Source of the DNA: an uncultured Synergistaceae bacterium
GTDB lineage: Bacteria; Synergistota; Synergistia; Synergistales; Synergistaceae
Assembly: GCA_964450835.1 (NCBI GenBank)
Contig: CAYVEQ010000001.1
Span: forward strand, 3,722 to 67,721
Reading direction: 5' to 3'
DNA: 64,000 nt
Positions 60,391 to 64,000 of the stretch are shown piece after piece. Position numbers and translations under genes: made by a program. The notes beneath the pieces were generated by a model. The model saw only the letters and a program-made list of their open reading frames with translations. It was not told the DNA's origin and ran no database searches. Each line of letters starts with the position of its first letter. The stretch's first letter is position 1.

Positions 60391-63247
60391 CGCCCTCGCC
60401 CTCCTCCGTCAGAGTTTCTGTATAGGCGCGGATTTCACGCTTGCGGCAGAGAGTGAAAAAACAGCATCTCCTGCATATTTCGCTTTTGAAGTCGTACTTA
60501 GGGGGATATTCGCCGGCGCGCGCTGAGGCCGCCATTTTTTCCATGACGGAAAGAGCCTCGTCAACGCGGCTTTGAACGGTCTCTCTCTTTTTCGCTGTCC
60601 CTTCAAAAGCGTAGAGAGGAAAATATTCTTTTGTAAAATAGCCGCCGAGAGAGGGGCCGGTGTGGCCGAGCCACCCGAAGCCGAGAGTTTCCCCGCCGGT
60701 GCTCAGCCCCAAAATCAAGCTGTAAGCCGCGGCCTGAAGTTCTTTTTCATGCGTCCGGCTCCTGCCCAGCTTGTAGTCGAGCACGACAAAGCCGTTCTCA
60801 AAGTAGTCGACCCTGTCTATCCTGCCGGTGAAGATCGCTCCGGCGAATTCATAGTCGTCCAGCTTGATTTCAGTCTCAGTTTTTATTTTATGAGCCTTGG
60901 CGAGGCGCGCTTCAAGCTCGTCCTGCTTCGCGGCCATGTCGAAGATTTGGCGGCTGAGCATATTTTCGTGCCGCGCGAGACGCGGATCTGTATCCAGCTC
61001 GCGGTATTCATCGCCCTTGAAGCGCGTCCAGTTGTCCATAACGTATCCCTGTATCGAGATTTTCCCGTCCTCTGCCTTGGCGCGGAAAGCGTCGTTCCAC
61101 ACCCTGTGAGCGAGATTCCCCGCCTTTCTTCTGTCATAGAGGGACGCCTGCGCCGTTTCAAAGCCGAGGATGCGCTCGCACCAGTACATATAGGGGCAGG
61201 CGTTCCATCTGTCTATGTCGCTGACGCGGATTTTCGGCAGTTCCTCCCGCGTCGCGCGCCCGATTTTTGTTGTATCTCCCCGTTCGGGGAACTCGGGTGA
61301 GCGAAGCACTTCCGCCTGAGGAAACCACGGCTTAACGCCGTCCGGCAAAGCGCTCTCAGCTTCGTAGAGCACGGTTTTCGCCTGTTTCCATGAACGCTCC
61401 CCGCCGCTTTCCAGCACGGACTGTAAGAAATGCGACTCGTTGCATTCTTTTCCCTCTTCGTTGTAGACGGCGCGTGTGACGACCGCGCCAAACCTCCCCG
61501 TCGCGAGGACGCGGCGGAATACCGCCTCTTTCTGCTCGCGCTCCTCGCGCAGCTCCGGCAGGTGCGACGGCTCTTCCGATTTCGCCGAAATCTCGTTGAA
61601 GCGCGCTTTTTTGTCGTCCCCCAACAACATCGACTCGCGAAGCACGCCGGGCCAGCTGTTCGCGTCCACTCCCGTCATTATCCAGCAGCCGTGAGTCGCG
61701 AGCGTCGGCGGCGGACCGGCGTAGACCGTCACGGAACCGCTCTGCGGAAGCTGCACGGGGAGCGTGGCCGTCCCGCTCCATTCGGCGATGAAGGAGACCG
61801 CCTCCGCGTCTTTCAGAATAATTCCTGACGCCGGGCCTATATTCTTGGCGTCGTCGGAAAATTTTTCGATTTTCTTGTCAAGCTCGCCGATAGCCGCCGC
61901 GACCTGCCTGACCCTGCTGTCAAGAGTGTCCAGCGCTCCTGCCGTTTCAGCCGCTCTCTCCGCCGCGCGGGCGTCTTTCAGGAAATCGCGCCACAACGCA
62001 AGAGCCATCCCTGGCGTCACGCCGCGTTGAAAGTCGCGGCACAGCCCGTCCGCGCGCAAAAGCGTCTTCGACGCCTCCTCCGGAAGCGCGGCCAGCCACG
62101 AAGCCAGCCCCTCCGGCAGCGATTCGGCTTTATATTCCGGCATCCGCCCGCCGCTGCCGAAGAGCAGCGTGCTTGAAAGCAGCAGCGTTGTCTCGCGATT
62201 GCCCCAGCCGGAGCGGTGCGCGCGCCAGACTGCCTGCGGCAGGCTGCCGAGCTGCGTATCCCCGGCCGTTCCTCCCTCCTGGAGATTGTATGGAATTTTA
62301 TATCGCGAAAGGGCGTATTCGGCTATGTGAATCTTTTCGGGACGCACAGACAGTCCTACGGAGCCGTAGCCTGGAAACCCGCCGAGCGACGTAAGCGCGC
62401 CTTCGCCGCAGGCCCACAGAGCGAGTTCGCGCGCGGTCGCCTCAATCTCCAGCTGCGGGCCGGCCGCCTCTATCTTTACCACGGGAACGCTCCATTTGGC
62501 TCTGTCGTCGTATAATTCGTTCAGCTGCAATATCCCGTCGTGAAAGCTGCCAAGCCCCGTTTCCGGCTGGAACATATCAAGCTCGGCAAATTCGCTCAAA
62601 GTTTTTATAAGTTTCAGCTGCGACGATGCAAATGAGAGAAATCCGGCAAAGACAATTTTTTCTATGCCGGCAACGAAGCGCCGCCCCTCTTCCGTGAGCA
62701 CTTTCCGGCGGGCAGCGGTAAATACCTGAGCCGCGTCAATGAGGCGGTACTTGTCAAGATAGTTTATATAGCGTTCGTAAAGCTCCGCAAGCACGGCTTC
62801 CGGCGAAAAGCGACCGCCGGCGCCGACGGCCGCGCGCAGGGAATCGGGCGAAACTTCCTCGGCGAGCAGGTCTTTTATATTCGCGCCCAGAACGGAGACA
62901 AAACCGCGGTGTCTGTAGCCCGGCTCAAGTTCCCCGCCTTCTTTCGCGGCTTCTTCGAGAAACCCTGAGATCAGGTGTTTCAGTATAAGCCTATGGTCGG
63001 GCGGATCTATTTTGCGTTCAAAAAGGCCCGTAACGCGCTGAAGTTCTGAGAGCAGCTCCGACGCCGTCCATATGGAAGGGCCGGCGCCGAAATACGGGGT
63101 CTCTCCGCATATCAGCTTCATCATGACGTCGCGGTCAAGCCGCACAGGGACAATGAACAGCGCCTTCTCCCCGTGCTCCGCGTAAATCTCTGATAAAGCC
63201 TCTTTTTCATCCGCGATGTTGAAGTAACTGTGAACCGTCAGCGGCAT
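60380..63247 (-). CDS. addB: AddB-like inactive-helicase/nuclease subunit
   Basis: C-terminal GRIDRVD...LDYK nuclease with Cys motifs; translationally coupled to addA. Start at ATG 63247 behind GGAGGTG. Confidence 0.82.
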   Translation of the reverse strand: MPLTVHSYFNIADEKEALSEIYAEHGEKALFIVPVRLDRDVMMKLICGETPYFGAGPSIWTASELLSELQRVTGLFERKIDPPDHRLILKHLISGFLEEAAKEGGELEPGYRHRGFVSVLGANIKDLLAEEVSPDSLRAAVGAGGRFSPEAVLAELYERYINYLDKYRLIDAAQVFTAARRKVLTEEGRRFVAGIEKIVFAGFLSFASSQLKLIKTLSEFAELDMFQPETGLGSFHDGILQLNELYDDRAKWSVPVVKIEAAGPQLEIEATARELALWACGEGALTSLGGFPGYGSVGLSVRPEKIHIAEYALSRYKIPYNLQEGGTAGDTQLGSLPQAVWRAHRSGWGNRETTLLLSSTLLFGSGGRMPEYKAESLPEGLASWLAALPEEASKTLLRADGLCRDFQRGVTPGMALALWRDFLKDARAAERAAETAGALDTLDSRVRQVAAAIGELDKKIEKFSDDAKNIGPASGIILKDAEAVSFIAEWSGTATLPVQLPQSGSVTVYAGPPPTLATHGCWIMTGVDANSWPGVLRESMLLGDDKKARFNEISAKSEEPSHLPELREEREQKEAVFRRVLATGRFGAVVTRAVYNEEGKECNESHFLQSVLESGGERSWKQAKTVLYEAESALPDGVKPWFPQAEVLRSPEFPERGDTTKIGRATREELPKIRVSDIDRWNACPYMYWCERILGFETAQASLYDRRKAGNLAHRVWNDAFRAKAEDGKISIQGYVMDNWTRFKGDEYRELDTDPRLARHENMLSRQIFDMAAKQDELEARLAKAHKIKTETEIKLDDYEFAGAIFTGRIDRVDYFENGFVVLDYKLGRSRTHEKELQAAAYSLILGLSTGGETLGFGWLGHTGPSLGGYFTKEYFPLYAFEGTAKKRETVQSRVDEALSVMEKMAASARAGEYPPKYDFKSEICRRCCFFTLCRKREIRAYTETLTEEGEGDDR

Positions 63248-63390
63248 ATTACACCTCCGTCCTCCTCGCGCGCGTCGCCGCGGCACGGTTTTTGCCGCGC
63301 TTTCGCGCGACGGCGCTTTCTGCTTTTTTGTTCGCCGCGTATCCGTCAGCCCGTCGCCTCTTTGCCGCGGGAACGGGCGCATGTTAATCT

Positions 63391-63419
63391 ATTATAAGAC
63401 AGCCGGCCGCTCACGTCAG
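63391..63419 (-). promoter_or_regulatory. Probable addBA promoter
   Basis: CTGACG-N17-TATAAT. Confidence 0.5.
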
Positions 63420-63860
63420 CATTCACGCGTCAAACGGGTGAATGCATGCGCGCGTACGCCTTATACAAAAGCGCACGCGCCCTCCCTCCCCCGGCGGCAA
63501 GTTTCGCAGCCGCGACACGCCGCCGAAAGAACGCGCGGCTTTGCCTGCCGCGCGGACTTGCCCCACGCACCGGCGTTGTGCGATATAATATAGAAAGAAG
63601 CGGCCGCGCACAGAAAGGTGAAAAAAACGGAAAGAGAAAAAACAATCGGCAAAAGGTACAGGAACGGCAAAGCCTCAAGTCCCGGCCGGAATTGCCGGCA
63701 GAGAGCAAAAAACTGCCCTCGCCGTCGGCGGGCAGCGTTCGGGACAATTCGGGGGCAAAAATACATTCGCGGCATTATCGGAGCTTCAAACTTCTGCGGA
63801 ACTGCTGCCGAGGCTTAACCGCCCGCGGCAATTACAAGACTTAAAAACGGAGGAACACAA

Positions 63861-64000
63861 ATGAAAAGAAAAGCACTGAAAATAATCATCGCGTCGGCTC
63901 TGATGGCGGCTGTCGCGGGCGCCGCCGGCGCGGAGGAGTGGCCTCTCTTTAAAAACAACGCCGAACGAAACGGCTGCCGCGCCTCCGCCGGCGCAAGCCG
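63861..64000 (+). CDS. Exported protein, likely PQQ-like beta-propeller (5' part only)
   Basis: SD GGAGGA, MKRKALKIIIASALMAAVAGAAGA signal peptide, then EEWPLFKNNAERNG, which resembles the W-P-x-F...R-x-G start of PQQ-like propeller proteins. Truncated by the window. Confidence 0.55.
   Translation, partial: MKRKALKIIIASALMAAVAGAAGAEEWPLFKNNAERNGCRASAGAS

Noticed and set aside
63248-63382. 45-aa N-terminal extension of AddB given by the ORF track (similar extensions for lysS, coaX, clpB, lonC-like and fusA2)
   Set aside because: These run through promoter or leader DNA, and Shine-Dalgarno sequences precede the downstream starts, which I used instead.
63640-63700. Resemblance to a c-di-GMP-I riboswitch (GGCAAA...GCAAAGCC)
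   Set aside because: There is no room for the GNRA-capped P2 stem and no matching P1 or receptor; the similarity is limited to two short words.

Overview
GC-rich bacterial chromosome segment; gene content and style suggest an anaerobic Synergistota (Cloacibacillus/Synergistes-like), which is an inference. Most of it is housekeeping: ttcA, nif3-scpA-scpB-rluB, RNase P RNA, a complete V-type ATPase operon with a Na+-type c subunit, tRNA-Gln(CTG) and tRNA-Glu(CTC), rlmB, uvrBA, lonC-like/nth/tilS/hpt/ftsH, csp, clpB, htpG, an EF-G paralogue, lysS-ligA-gatCAB, miaB-comEA-comEC-coaX-dusB and addBA. No rRNA, CRISPR array, transposase or integrase was found. The one clearly accessory block (about 6.3-12.3 kb) is a five-gene unit: HMG/CHA-aldolase (RraA) family enzyme, aconitase-family hydratase with altered substrate-pocket motifs, LysR regulator, beta-propeller lactonase and dicarboxylate carrier. 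It sits behind a promoter with a canonically placed LysR-type inverted repeat, and is the best candidate for an undescribed organic-acid/lactone catabolic pathway. Other notable signals are CtsR-like 7-3-7 direct repeats at the lon-like and clpB start sites, iron-staple cysteine patterns in both AddA and AddB, an EF-G paralogue lacking the catalytic His, and an orphan pseudo-receiver response regulator. All protein calls come from motif recognition by eye; no database searches were run.
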